A stretch of 64,000 bases of DNA from the human T2T-CHM13v2.0 reference genome, Homo sapiens. The notes beneath the pieces are model-generated. The model ran no database searches, was not told the DNA's origin, and was given only the letters and a program-made list of their open reading frames with translations. The position numbers and the translations under genes are program-made. This document shows, one piece after another, positions 23,483 to 38,700 of the stretch (position 1 is its first letter; each line of letters begins with the position of its first letter). The stretch lies in assembly GCF_009914755.1 (NCBI RefSeq), contig NC_060948.1; one strand, 5' to 3'.

Positions 23483-26400
23483 AAGAAAGGTCCAAATATA
23501 TGAGATGAATGCACACATCACAAAGAAGTTTCTCAGAATCTCTCTGTGTAATTTTTATGTGAAGATATTTCCTTTCCCACCTTAGGTCTTAAAACGCTCC
23601 AAATATCCACTTGCAGATACTACAAGAAGATTGTTTCAAAACTGCACAAAAAAAGAAATGTTCAATTCTGTTTGATGAATGCACACATCACAAAGAAGTT
23701 TCTCAGAATGCTTCTCTGTAGTTTTTATGTGAAGATATTTCCTTTTCCACAATAGGCCTCAAAGGGCTCCAAATATCCACTTCCAGATTCTATGAAAAGA
23801 ATATTTCCAAACTGCTCAATCATAGGAAATGTTCAACTCTGTGAGATGAATGCACACATCACAAGAAATTTCTCAGAATCCTTCAGTGTAGGTTTTATGA
23901 GAAGATAATTCCTTTTCCACAATAGTTCTCAAAGCACTCAAAATATCCACTTGCAGATTCTACAAAAGGAGTATTTCAAAACTGCTCAATCAAAAGAAAG
24001 GTTCAACTCTGTGGGATGAATGGACACATCACAAAGAAGTTTCTCAGAATGCTTCTGTGTAGTATTTTTGTGAAGATATTTCTTTTCCACCATAGACCGC
24101 CAGGGGACACAAATATCCACTTTCAGATTCTACAACAAGAGAGGTTCAAAACTACTCGATCAAGAGATGGTTTCAACTATGTGAGTTGAATGCACACATC
24201 ACAAAGAACTATGTCGGAATTCTTCTGTGTAGTTTTTATGTGAAGATATTTCCTTTTCCACAATAGACGTCAAAGTGATCCAGATATCCACTTGCAGATT
24301 CCACAAAAAGAGTGTTTCAAAAGTGCACAACCAAAAGAAAGGTTCAACTAGGTGAGATGAATGCACACATCAGAAGGAAGTTTCTCAGAATGCTTCTGCA
24401 TAGCTTTTAAGGGAAGATACTTCCTTTTCCAACATAGGCCTCAAAGCACTCCAAATATCCTCCTGGAGATACCACAAAAAGAGTGTTTGCAAACTGCTCA
24501 ATCAAAAGAAAGATTTAACTCTGTGAGATGAATCCACACATGACAAAGAAGTTTCTCAGAATGCTTCTGTGTAGTTTTTAATTGAAGATATTTCTTTTTC
24601 CACAATAGGCCTCAAAGCGCTCAAAATATCCACTTTCACATTCTACAAAAAGAGTGTTTCAAAACTGCACAATCAAAAGATAGTTCAACTCTGTGAGTTG
24701 AATGCGCACAACAAAAAGATGTTTCTCAGAATTATTTCTGTGTAGTTTTTATGTGAAGATATTTCCTTTTCCACAATGGGCCTCAAAGTGCTCCAAATAT
24801 CCACTTGCAGATTCTACAAAAAGAGTTTTCCAAAACTGCTCCATCAAAAGAAAGCTTCACCTCTGTGAGATGAATGCACATACCACAAAGAAGTGTCTCA
24901 GAATGCTTCTGTGTAGTTTTTATATGAAGATATTTCCTTTTCCACAATAAGACCCAAAAGGCTCCAAATATTCACTTGCAGATTCTAAAAAAAACAGTGT
25001 TTCAAAACTGCTCAATCAAAAGATAGTTCAACTCTGTGAGAAGAATGCTCACATCACTGAGAAGTTTCTCAGAATGCTTCTGTGTAGTTTTTATATGAAG
25101 ATATTTCCTTTCCCACCGTAGGCCACAAAAGGCTCCAAATATCCACTTGCAGATACTATGAAAAGAGAGTTTCAAAACTGCTCATTCAAAAGATAGGTTC
25201 AACTCTGTGGTTTGAATGCACACAGCACAAAGAAGTTTCACAGAATGTGTCTGTGTAGTTTTTATGTGCGGATGTTTCCTTTTCCACCATATGCCTAAAT
25301 ATTTCCCAATTTCCACTTGCAGATTCCACAAGAAGAGTGTTTCAAAACTGCTGTATCAAATAAAGTTGAACTCTGTGAGGTGAATGCACACAGCACAAAA
25401 TGGTTTCTCAGAATGCTTCCTTGTTGTTTTTATATGAAGATGTTTCCTTTTCAACAATAGGCCTCAAAGTGCTTCAAATGTCCACTTGCAGATTCTACAA
25501 AAAGAGTGTTTCAAAACTGCTCAATCAAAAGAAAGGTTCGACTCTGGGAAATTAATGCACACATCACAAAGAAGTTTCTCAGCTTCTGTGTAGTTTTCAT
25601 GTGAAGTTATTTCCTTTTCCACAATAGGCCGCAAAGGGCTCCAAATATCAACTTACAGATTCTAGGAAAAGAGAGTTTCAAAACTGCTCTACGAAAAGAT
25701 AGGTTGAACTCTGTGAGATGAATGCACACATCACAAAGAAGTTTCTCAGAATGCATCTGTGTAGTTTTTACGGGAAGATATTTCCTTTTCCACCATCTTC
25801 CACAAAGGTCTCCAAGTAACCACTTGCAGATTCTACAGAAAGACACTTTAAAAACTGCTCTATCAAAAGATCAGTTCAAGTCTGTGGTTTGAATGCACAC
25901 ATCACAAAGAATTTTCTCAGAATGCTTCTGTGTAGTTTTCATATGAAGATATTTCCTTTTCCACCATAGGCCTCAAAGCACTCCAAATATCCACTTGCAG
26001 ATTCTACAAAAAGAGATTTTCAAAACTAGTCAATCAAAAGAAAGGTTCAACTCTGTCAGTTGAATGCACATATCACAAACAAGTTTCTCGGAATGCGTCT
26101 GTGTAGTTTTTATGTGAAGATATTTCCTTCTCCACAACAGGCCTCAAAGTGCTCCGAATATCCACTTGCAGATTTTACTAAAGAGTGTTTCCAAACTGCT
26201 CAATCAAGAGGAAGTTTCAAGTCTGTGAGCTGAACGCACACATCACAAAGTAGTTTCTGAGAATGCTTCTGTGTAGTTTTTATGTGAAGATGTTTCCTTT
26301 TCCACCATAGGCTGCAAAGGGCTCCAAATATCCACTTGCAGATTCTACAAAAAGAGAGTTTCAAAAGTGCTCTATCAAAAGATAGGTTCAACTATGTGAT

Positions 26401-29400
26401 ATGAATGCACACATCACAAAGTAGTTTCTCAGAATGCTTCTGTGTAGTTTTTATGTAAAGATATTTCCTTTTCCACCATAGGCCTCAAAGCACTCCAAAT
26501 ATCCACTTGCAGATTCTACAAAAAGAGATGTTCAAAACTATTTAATCAAAAGAAAGGTTCAAATCTGTCAGTTGAAGGTACATATCACAAACAAGTTTAT
26601 TGGAATGCTTCTGTGTAGTTTTTATGTGAAGATATTTCCTTTTCCACAACAGGCCTCAAGGTGCTCCAAATATCCACTTGCAGATTTCACTAAAAGTGTG
26701 TTTCCAAGCTGCTCAATCAAGAGGAAGTTTCAAGTCTGTGAGGTGAATGCACACATTACAAAGAAGTTACTGAGAATGCTTCTGTGTAGTTTTTATGTGA
26801 AGATATTTCCTTTTCCACCGCAGGCCTCAAAGCGCTGCAAATATCCACTTGCAGATTCTACAAAAAGAGAGTTTCAAAACTGCTGTATCAAAAGATAGGG
26901 TCAACTCTGCGAGTTGAATAAACACATCACAAATAAGTTTCTGGGAACGCTTCTGTATAGTTTTATGTGAATATATTTCCTTTTCCACCATATGCCTCAA
27001 AGCACTCCAAATATCCACTTGCACATTATAGAAACATAGTCTTTCAAAACTTGTCAATCAAAGAAAGGTTCAACTCCGTGAGATGAGTGCACACATCACA
27101 GAGAAGTTTCTCGGAATGTTTCTGTGTAGTTTTTATGTGAAGATATTGCCTTTTCCACAATAGGCCTCAAAGCGTTCCAAATATCCAATTGCAGATTCCA
27201 CAAAAAAAGTTTTTTAAAACTGCTCAATCAAATGATAGATTAAACTCTGTGAGATTAGTGCACACATGTCAAAAAAGTTTCTCAGAATGCTTCTGTGTAC
27301 TTTTTAGGGGAAGATATTTCCTTTTCCACCATCGGCCACAAAGGACTCCAAATAACCACATGCAGATTCTAGTAACACAGAGTTTCAAAACTGCTCTATC
27401 AAAAGATAAGTTCAACTCTGAGAGTTTAGTGCAACCATCGTGAAGAAGTTTCTCAGAATGCTTCTGAGTAGTGTTTATGTGAAGATATTTCCTTTTCCAC
27501 CATAGGCCTGAAAGCCCTCCAAATATCCACTTGCAGATCCTACAAAAAGAAAGTTTCGAAATGCTCTCTCAAACGATAGTTTCGACTCTGTGGTATGAAT
27601 ACACACATCACAAAGAAGTTTCTCAGAATGCTTCTGTGTAGTTTTTAAATGAAGATATTTCTTTTTCCACCATAGGCCTCAAAGCACTCCAAATATGCAC
27701 TTCCAGATTCTACAAAAAGAGTGTTTCAGAACTGCTCAATCAAAAGGAAGGTTCCAGTCTGAGACAAATACACACATCAAAAGGTAGTTTCTCAGAATGC
27801 TTCTGTGTAGTTTTTATGTGAAGATATTTTCCTTTCCACCATAGGCCACAAATGGCTCTAAATACCCACTTACATTTTCCACAAAAAGAGAGTTTCAAAA
27901 CTGCTCTACCAAAGGTAAGTTTAACGCTGTGAGTTAAGAACATCACAAAGAAGTTTCTCAGAATGCTTCTGTGTAGTTCTTACGTAAAGATATTTCCTTT
28001 TACACAATAGGCAGAAAAGTGCTCCAAATATCCACTTGAAGATTCTACAAAAACCGTGTTTCAAAACTGCCGAATCAAAAGAAAGGTTCAACTCTGTGAG
28101 ATGAATGCACACATAACAAAGGAGTTTCTCAGAATGCTTCTGTGTAGCTTTTATATGAAGACATTTAGTTTTCCACAACAGGCCTCAAAGCTCTCTCCAT
28201 ATCCACTTGCAGATTCTACCGAAAGAGTGCTTCCAAACTGCTCAATCAAAAGAGACATTCAAATCTGTGAGGTGAATGCAGACATCGTAAAGAAGTTTCT
28301 CAGAATGCTTCTGTGTATTTTTTGTGTGAAGTTATTCGTTTTTGCACCATAGGCCTCCAAGCGTTCTAAATATCCACTTCTAGATTCTACAAAAAGAGAG
28401 TTTCAAAACTACTCAAACAAAAGGTTCAATTCTGTGAGTTGAAAGCAAACATCACAAAGAAGTTTCTCAGAATGCGTCTGTGTAGTTTTTATGTGAAGAT
28501 ATTTCCTTTTCACAGTAGAATGCAAAGGGCTCCAAATATCCACTTGGAGATTCTACAAAAAGAGTTTCAAAACCGCTCTGTCAAATGATAGGTTGAACTC
28601 CCGGAGGTGAATACACACATCACAAAGAGGTTTCTCAGCATGCTTCTGTGTAGTTTTTATGTAAACATATTTCCGTTTCTATCATAGGCCTCAAAGTGCT
28701 CCAAATATTCACTTGTACATTCTACCAAACGAGTATTTCAAAACTGCTCAATCAAATGGAAGGTTCAAAACTGTGACATGAATGCCCACATCACAAAGTA
28801 GTTTCTCAGAATGCTTCTGTGTAGTTTTTATGTGAAGATATTTCCTTTTCCACAACAGCGTGCAAAACGCTTCAAATATGCCCTTAGAGATTCCACAAAA
28901 AGAGTGTTTCCAAACTACTCAAATCAAAAAATGATTTCAACTCTGTGAGATGAATGCACACATCACAAACTAGTTTCTCAGAATGTTTCTGCCTGGTTCT
29001 CATGCGAAGATAGTTCCTTTTTCACCATAGGCCGCAATGTACTCCAAATATCCACCTGCAGATTCTACAAAAGTGAGTTTCAAAACTGCTCTATCAAAAG
29101 ATCAGTTCGTCTCTGTGAGTTGAATGCATACATCAAAAAGAAGCTTCTCAAAATGCTTCTGTGTGGTTTTTCGGTGAAGATAGTTCTTTTTCTACCATAG
29201 GTCTCAAACCACTCCAAATATCCACTTGTAGATTCTATAAAAAGGAATGTTCAAAATTGCTCAATAAAAATAAAGTTTCAACACCGTGAGATGAGTGCAC
29301 AAATCACAAAGAAGTTTCTCAAAATGCTTCTGGGTAGTTTTTCTGTGAAGATAGTTCCTTTTCTACCATGGGCCACAAAGGGCTCCAAATACCCACTTGC

Positions 29401-29609
29401 AGATTCTACAAAAAGAGAGTTTCACAACTGCTCTATCAAACAATATGTTCAACTTTGTGGGTTGAACACAAATATCACAAGAATTTTCTCCCAATGCTTC
29501 TGTGTAGTTTTTATGTGAAGACATTTCTTTTCCCTCCATAGTCCACAAAGTGCTCCAAATATCCACTTACATATTCTAGAAAAAGATTGCTTGGAAACTG
29601 CACAATGAA
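23483..29609 (-). repeat. HOR unit 5, 36-mer variant (6127 bp)
   Basis: Same extra dimer at ~24595-24936. Confidence 0.95.
24595..24936 (-). repeat. 36-mer-specific monomer pair, copy 2
   Basis: Appears identical to 18468-18809 at +6127. Confidence 0.93.
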
Positions 29610-32600
29610 AAGAAAGGTCCAAATATATGAGATGAATGCACACATCACAAAGAAGTTTCTCAGAATCTCTCTGTGTAATTTTTATGTGAAGATATTTCCT
29701 TTCCCACCTTAGGTCTTAAAACGCTCCAAATATCCACTTGCAGATACTACAAGAAGATTGTTTCAAAACTGCACAAAAAAAGAAATGTTCAATTCTGTTT
29801 GATGAATGCACACATCACAAAGAAGTTTCTCAGAATGCTTCTCTGTAGTTTTTATGTGAAGATATTTCCTTTTCCACAATAGGCCTCAAAGGGCTCCAAA
29901 TATCCACTTCCAGATTCTATGAAAAGAATATTTCCAAACTGCTCAATCATAGGAAATGTTCAACTCTGTGAGATGAATGCACACATCACAAGAAATTTCT
30001 CAGAATCCTTCAGTGTAGGTTTTATGAGAAGATAATTCCTTTTCCACAATAGTTCTCAAAGCACTCAAAATATCCACTTGCAGATTCTACAAAAGGAGTA
30101 TTTCAAAACTGCTCAATCAAAAGAAAGGTTCAACTCTGTGGGATGAATGGACACATCACAAAGAAGTTTCTCAGAATGCTTCTGTGTAGTATTTTTGTGA
30201 AGATATTTCTTTTCCACCATAGACCGCCAGGGGACACAAATATCCACTTTCAGATTCTACAACAAGAGAGGTTCAAAACTACTCGATCAAGAGATGGTTT
30301 CAACTATGTGAGTTGAATGCACACATCACAAAGAACTATGTCGGAATTCTTCTGTGTAGTTTTTATGTGAAGATATTTCCTTTTCCACAATAGACGTCAA
30401 AGTGATCCAGATATCCACTTGCAGATTCCACAAAAAGAGTGTTTCAAAAGTGCACAACCAAAAGAAAGGTTCAACTAGGTGAGATGAATGCACACATCAG
30501 AAGGAAGTTTCTCAGAATGCTTCTGCATAGCTTTTAAGGGAAGATACTTCCTTTTCCAACATAGGCCTCAAAGCACTCCAAATATCCTCCTGGAGATACC
30601 ACAAAAAGAGTGTTTGCAAACTGCTCAATCAAAAGAAAGATTTAACTCTGTGAGATGAATCCACACATGACAAAGAAGTTTCTCAGAATGCTTCTGTGTA
30701 GTTTTTAATTGAAGATATTTCTTTTTCCACAATAGGCCTCAAAGCGCTCAAAATATCCACTTTCACATTCTACAAAAAGAGTGTTTCAAAACTGCACAAT
30801 CAAAAGATAGTTCAACTCTGTGAGTTGAATGCGCACAACAAAAAGATGTTTCTCAGAATTATTTCTGTGTAGTTTTTATGTGAAGATATTTCCTTTTCCA
30901 CAATGGGCCTCAAAGTGCTCCAAATATCCACTTGCAGATTCTACAAAAAGAGTTTTCCAAAACTGCTCCATCAAAAGAAAGCTTCACCTCTGTGAGATGA
31001 ATGCACATACCACAAAGAAGTGTCTCAGAATGCTTCTGTGTAGTTTTTATATGAAGATATTTCCTTTTCCACAATAAGACCCAAAAGGCTCCAAATATTC
31101 ACTTGCAGATTCTAAAAAAAACAGTGTTTCAAAACTGCTCAATCAAAAGATAGTTCAACTCTGTGAGAAGAATGCTCACATCACTGAGAAGTTTCTCAGA
31201 ATGCTTCTGTGTAGTTTTTATATGAAGATATTTCCTTTCCCACCGTAGGCCACAAAAGGCTCCAAATATCCACTTGCAGATACTATGAAAAGAGAGTTTC
31301 AAAACTGCTCATTCAAAAGATAGGTTCAACTCTGTGGTTTGAATGCACACAGCACAAAGAAGTTTCACAGAATGTGTCTGTGTAGTTTTTATGTGCGGAT
31401 GTTTCCTTTTCCACCATATGCCTAAATATTTCCCAATTTCCACTTGCAGATTCCACAAGAAGAGTGTTTCAAAACTGCTGTATCAAATAAAGTTGAACTC
31501 TGTGAGGTGAATGCACACAGCACAAAATGGTTTCTCAGAATGCTTCCTTGTTGTTTTTATATGAAGATGTTTCCTTTTCAACAATAGGCCTCAAAGTGCT
31601 TCAAATGTCCACTTGCAGATTCTACAAAAAGAGTGTTTCAAAACTGCTCAATCAAAAGAAAGGTTCGACTCTGGGAAATTAATGCACACATCACAAAGAA
31701 GTTTCTCAGCTTCTGTGTAGTTTTCATGTGAAGTTATTTCCTTTTCCACAATAGGCCGCAAAGGGCTCCAAATATCAACTTACAGATTCTAGGAAAAGAG
31801 AGTTTCAAAACTGCTCTACGAAAAGATAGGTTGAACTCTGTGAGATGAATGCACACATCACAAAGAAGTTTCTCAGAATGCATCTGTGTAGTTTTTACGG
31901 GAAGATATTTTCTTTTCCACCATCTTCCACAAAGGTCTCCAAGTAACCACTTGCAGACTCTACAGAAAGACACTTTAAAAACTGCTCTATCAAAAGATCA
32001 GTTCAAGTCTGTGGTTTGAATGCACACATCACAAAGAATTTTCTCAGAATGCTTCTGTGTAGTTTTCATATGAAGATATTTCCTTTTCCACCATAGGCCT
32101 CAAAGCACTCCAAATATCCACTTGCAGATTCTACAAAAAGAGATTTTCAAAACTAGTCAATCAAAAGAAAGGTTCAACTCTGTCAGTTGAATGCACATAT
32201 CACAAACAAGTTTCTCGGAATGCGTCTGTGTAGTTTTTATGTGAAGATATTTCCTTCTCCACAACAGGCCTCAAAGTGCTCCGAATATCCACTTGCAGAT
32301 TTTACTAAAGAGTGTTTCCAAACTGCTCAATCAAGAGGAAGTTTCAAGTCTGTGAGCTGAACGCACACATCACAAAGTAGTTTCTGAGAATGCTTCTGTG
32401 TAGTTTTTATGTGAAGATGTTTCCTTTTCCACCATAGGCTGCAAAGGGCTCCAAATATCCACTTGCAGATTCTACAAAAAGAGAGTCTCAAAAGTGCTCT
32501 ATCAAAAGATAGGTTCAACTATGTGATATGAATGCACACATCACAAAGTAGTTTCTCAGAATGCTTCTGTGTAGTTTTTATGTAAAGATATTTCCTTTTC

Positions 32601-35600
32601 CACCATAGGCCTCAAAGCACTCCAAATATCCACTTGCAGATTCTACAAAAAGAGATGTTCAAAACTATTTAATCAAAAGAAAGGTTCAAATCTGTCAGTT
32701 GAAGGTACATATCACAAACAAGTTTATTGGAATGCTTCTGTGTAGTTTTTATGTGAAGATATTTCCTTTTCCACAACAGGCCTCAAGGTGCTCCAAATAT
32801 CCACTTGCAGATTTCACTAAAAGTGTGTTTCCAAGCTGCTCAATCAAGAGGAAGTTTCAAGTCTGTGAGGTGAATGCACACATTACAAAGTAGTTACTGA
32901 GAATGCTTCTGTGTAGTTTTTATGTGAAGATATTTCCTTTTCCACCGCAGGCCTCAAAGCGCTGCAAATATCCACTTGCAGATTCTATAAAAAGAGAGTT
33001 TCAAAACTGCTGTATCAAAAGATAGGGTCAACTCTGCGAGTTGAATAAACACATCACAAATAAGTTTCTGGGAACGCTTCTGTATAGTTTTATGTGAATA
33101 TATTTCCTTTTCCACCATATGCCTCAAAGCACTCCAAATATCCACTTGCACATTATAGAAACATAGTCTTTCAAAACTTGTCAATCAAAGAAAGGTTCAA
33201 CTCCGTGAGATGAGTGCACACATCACAGAGAAGTTTCTCGGAATGTTTCTGTGTAGTTTTTATGTGAAGATATTGCCTTTTCCACAATAGGCCTCAAAGC
33301 GTTCCAAATATCCAATTGCAGATTCCACAAAAAAAGTTTTTTAAAACTGCTCAATCAAATGATAGATTAAACTCTGTGAGATTAGTGCACACATGTCAAA
33401 AAAGTTTCTCAGAATGCTTCTGTGTACTTTTTAGGGGAAGATATTTCCTTTTCCACCATCGGCCACAAAGGACTCCAAATAACCACATGCAGATTCTAGT
33501 AACACAGAGTTTCAAAACTGCTCTATCAAAAGATAAGTTCAACTCTGAGAGTTTAGTGCAACCATCGTGAAGAAGTTTCTCAGAATGCTTCTGAGTAGTG
33601 TTTATGTGAAGATATTTCCTTTTCCACCATAGGCCTGAAAGCCCTCCAAATATCCACTTGCAGATCCTACAAAAAGAAAGTTTCGAAATGCTCTCTCAAA
33701 CGATAGTTTCGACTCTGTGGTATGAATACACACATCACAAAGAAGTTTCTCAGAATGCTTCTGTGTAGTTTTTAAATGAAGATATTTCTTTTTCCACCAT
33801 AGGCCTCAAAGCACTCCAAATATGCACTTCCAGATTCTACAAAAAGAGTGTTTCAGAACTGCTCAATCAAAAGGAAGGTTCCAGTCTGAGACAAATACAC
33901 ACATCAAAAGGTAGTTTCTCAGAATGCTTCTGTGTAGTTTTTATGTGAAGATATTTTCCTTTCCACCATAGGCCACAAATGGCTCTAAATACCCACTTAC
34001 ATTTTCCACAAAAAGAGAGTTTCAAAACTGCTCTACCAAAGGTAAGTTTAACGCTGTGAGTTAAGAACATCACAAAGAAGTTTCTCAGAATGCTTCTGTG
34101 TAGTTCTTACGTAAAGATATTTCCTTTTACACAATAGGCAGAAAAGTGCTCCAAATATCCACTTGAAGATTCTACAAAAACCGTGTTTCAAAACTGCCGA
34201 ATCAAAAGAAAGGTTCAACTCTGTGAGATGAATGCACACATAACAAAGGAGTTTCTCAGAATGCTTCTGTGTAGCTTTTATATGAAGACATTTAGTTTTC
34301 CACAACAGGCCTCAAAGCTCTCTCCATATCCACTTGCAGATTCTACCGAAAGAGTGCTTCCAAACTGCTCAATCAAAAGAGACATTCAAATCTGTGAGGT
34401 GAATGCAGACATCGTAAAGAAGTTTCTCAGAATGCTTCTGTGTATTTTTTGTGTGAAGTTATTCGTTTTTGCACCATAGGCCTCCAAGCGTTCTAAATAT
34501 CCACTTCTAGATTCTACAAAAAGAGAGTTTCAAAACTACTCAAACAAAAGGTTCAATTCTGTGAGTTGAAAGCAAACATCACAAAGAAGTTTCTCAGAAT
34601 GCGTCTGTGTAGTTTTTATGTGAAGATATTTCCTTTTCACAGTAGAATGCAAAGGGCTCCAAATATCCACTTGGAGATTCTACAAAAAGAGTTTCAAAAC
34701 CGCTCTGTCAAATGATAGGTTGAACTCCCGGAGGTGAATACACACATCACAAAGAGGTTTCTCAGCATGCTTCTGTGTAGTTTTTATGTAAACATATTTC
34801 CGTTTCTATCATAGGCCTCAAAGTGCTCCAAATATTCACTTGTACATTCTACCAAACGAGTATTTCAAAACTGCTCAATCAAATGGAAGGTTCAAAACTG
34901 TGACATGAATGCCCACATCACAAAGTAGTTTCTCAGAATGCTTCTGTGTAGTTTTTATGTGAAGATATTTCCTTTTCCACAACAGCGTGCAAAACGCTTC
35001 AAATATGCCCTTAGAGATTCCACAAAAAGAGTGTTTCCAAACTACTCAAATCAAAAAATGATTTCAACTCTGTGAGATGAATGCACACATCACAAACTAG
35101 TTTCTCAGAATGTTTCTGCCTGGTTCTCATGCGAAGATAGTTCCTTTTTCACCATAGGCCGCAATGTACTCCAAATATCCACCTGCAGATTCTACAAAAG
35201 TGAGTTTCAAAACTGCTCTATCAAAAGATCAGTTCGTCTCTGTGAGTTGAATGCATACATCAAAAAGAAGCTTCTCAAAATGCTTCTGTGTGGTTTTTCG
35301 GTGAAGATAGTTCTTTTTCTACCATAGGTCTCAAACCACTCCAAATATCCACTTGTAGATTCTATAAAAAGGAATGTTCAAAATTGCTCAATAAAAATAA
35401 AGTTTCAACACCGTGAGATGAGTGCACAAATCACAAAGAAGTTTCTCAAAATGCTTCTGGGTAGTTTTTCTGTGAAGATAGTTCCTTTTCTACCATGGGC
35501 CACAAAGGGCTCCAAATACCCACTTGCAGATTCTACAAAAAGAGAGTTTCACAACTGCTCTATCAAACAATATGTTCAACTTTGTGGGTTGAACACAAAT

Positions 35601-35736
35601 ATCACAAGAATTTTCTCCCAATGCTTCTGTGTAGTTTTTATGTGAAGACATTTCTTTTCCCTCCATAGTCCACAAAGTGCTCCAAATATCCACTTACATA
35701 TTCTAGAAAAAGATTGCTTGGAAACTGCACAATGAA
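29610..35736 (-). repeat. HOR unit 6, 36-mer variant (6127 bp)
   Basis: Same extra dimer at ~30722-31063. Confidence 0.95.
30722..31063 (-). repeat. 36-mer-specific monomer pair, copy 3
   Basis: Appears identical to copy 1 at +12254. Confidence 0.93.
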
Positions 35737-38700
35737 AAGAAAGGTCCAAATATATGAGATGAATGCACACATCACAAAGAAGTTTCTCAGAATCTCTCTG
35801 TGTAATTTTTATGTGAAGATATTTCCTTTCCCACCTTAGGTCTTAAAACGCTCCAAATATCCACTTGCAGATACTACAAGAAGATTGTTTCAAAACTGCA
35901 CAAAAAAAGAAATGTTCAATTCTGTTTGATGAATGCACACATCACAAAGAAGTTTCTCAGAATGCTTCTCTGTAGTTTTTATGTGAAGATATTTCCTTTT
36001 CCACAATAGGCCTCAAAGGGCTCCAAATATCCACTTCCAGATTCTATGAAAAGAATATTTCCAAACTGCTCAATCATAGGAAATGTTCAACTCTGTGAGA
36101 TGAATGCACACATCACAAGAAATTTCTCAGAATCCTTCAGTGTAGGTTTTATGAGAAGATAATTCCTTTTCCACAATAGTTCTCAAAGCACTCAAAATAT
36201 CCACTTGCAGATTCTACAAAAGGAGTATTTCAAAACTGCTCAATCAAAAGAAAGGTTCAACTCTGTGGGATGAATGGACACATCACAAAGAAGTTTCTCA
36301 GAATGCTTCTGTGTAGTATTTTTGTGAAGATATTTCTTTTCCACCATAGACCGCCAGGGGACACAAATATCCACTTTCAGATTCTACAACAAGAGAGGTT
36401 CAAAACTACTCGATCAAGAGATGGTTTCAACTATGTGAGTTGAATGCACACATCACAAAGAACTATGTCGGAATTCTTCTGTGTAGTTTTTATGTGAAGA
36501 TATTTCCTTTTCCACAATAGACGTCAAAGTGATCCAGATATCCACTTGCAGATTCCACAAAAAGAGTGTTTCAAAAGTGCACAACCAAAAGAAAGGTTCA
36601 ACTAGGTGAGATGAATGCACACATCAGAAGGAAGTTTCTCAGAATGCTTCTGCATAGCTTTTAAGGGAAGATACTTCCTTTTCCAACATAGGCCTCAAAG
36701 CACTCCAAATATCCTCCTGGAGATACCACAAAAAGAGTGTTTGCAAACTGCTCAATCAAAAGAAAGATTTAACTCTGTGAGATGAATCCACACATGACAA
36801 AGAAGTTTCTCAGAATGCTTCTGTGTAGTTTTTAATTGAAGATATTTCTTTTTCCACAATAGGCCTCAAAGCGCTCAAAATATCCACTTTCACATTCTAC
36901 AAAAAGAGTGTTTCAAAACTGCACAATCAAAAGATAGTTCAACTCTGTGAGTTGAATGCGCACAACAAAAAGATGTTTCTCAGAATTATTTCTGTGTAGT
37001 TTTTATGTGAAGATATTTCCTTTTCCACAATGGGCCTCAAAGTGCTCCAAATATCCACTTGCAGATTCTACAAAAAGAGTTTTCCAAAACTGCTCCATCA
37101 AAAGAAAGCTTCACCTCTGTGAGATGAATGCACATACCACAAAGAAGTGTCTCAGAATGCTTCTGTGTAGTTTTTATATGAAGATATTTCCTTTTCCACA
37201 ATAAGACCCAAAAGGCTCCAAATATTCACTTGCAGATTCTAAAAAAAACAGTGTTTCAAAACTGCTCAATCAAAAGATAGTTCAACTCTGTGAGAAGAAT
37301 GCTCACATCACTGAGAAGTTTCTCAGAATGCTTCTGTGTAGTTTTTATATGAAGATATTTCCTTTCCCACCGTAGGCCACAAAAGGCTCCAAATATCCAC
37401 TTGCAGATACTATGAAAAGAGAGTTTCAAAACTGCTCATTCAAAAGATAGGTTCAACTCTGTGGTTTGAATGCACACAGCACAAAGAAGTTTCACAGAAT
37501 GTGTCTGTGTAGTTTTTATGTGCGGATGTTTCCTTTTCCACCATATGCCTAAATATTTCCCAATTTCCACTTGCAGATTCCACAAGAAGAGTGTTTCAAA
37601 ACTGCTGTATCAAATAAAGTTGAACTCTGTGAGGTGAATGCACACAGCACAAAATGGTTTCTCAGAATGCTTCCTTGTTGTTTTTATATGAAGATGTTTC
37701 CTTTTCAACAATAGGCCTCAAAGTGCTTCAAATGTCCACTTGCAGATTCTACAAAAAGAGTGTTTCAAAACTGCTCAATCAAAAGAAAGGTTCGACTCTG
37801 GGAAATTAATGCACACATCACAAAGAAGTTTCTCAGCTTCTGTGTAGTTTTCATGTGAAGTTATTTCCTTTTCCACAATAGGCCGCAAAGGGCTCCAAAT
37901 ATCAACTTACAGATTCTAGGAAAAGAGAGTTTCAAAACTGCTCTACGAAAAGATAGGTTGAACTCTGTGAGATGAATGCACACATCACAAAGAAGTTTCT
38001 CAGAATGCATCTGTGTAGTTTTTACGGGAAGATATTTCCTTTTCCACCATCTTCCACAAAGGTCTCCAAGTAACCACTTGCAGACTCTACAGAAAGACAC
38101 TTTAAAAACTGCTCTATCAAAAGATCAGTTCAAGTCTGTGGTTTGAATGCACACATCACAAAGAATTTTCTCAGAATGCTTCTGTGTAGTTTTCATATGA
38201 AGATATTTCCTTTTCCACCATAGGCCTCAAAGCACTCCAAATATCCACTTGCAGATTCTACAAAAAGAGATTTTCAAAACTAGTCAATCAAAAGAAAGGT
38301 TCAACTCTGTCAGTTGAATGCACATATCACAAACAAGTTTCTCGGAATGCGTCTGTGTAGTTTTTATGTGAAGATATTTCCTTCTCCACAACAGGCCTCA
38401 AAGTGCTCCGAATATCCACTTGCAGATTTTACTAAAGAGTGTTTCCAAACTGCTCAATCAAGAGGAAGTTTCAAGTCTGTGAGCTGAACGCACACATCAC
38501 AAAGTAGTTTCTGAGAATGCTTCTGTGTAGTTTTTATGTGAAGATGTTTCCTTTTCCACCATAGGCTGCAAAGGGCTCCAAATATCCACTTGCAGATTCT
38601 ACAAAAAGAGAGTCTCAAAAGTGCTCTATCAAAAGATAGGTTCAACTATGTGATATGAATGCACACATCACAAAGTAGTTTCTCAGAATGCTTCTGTGTA

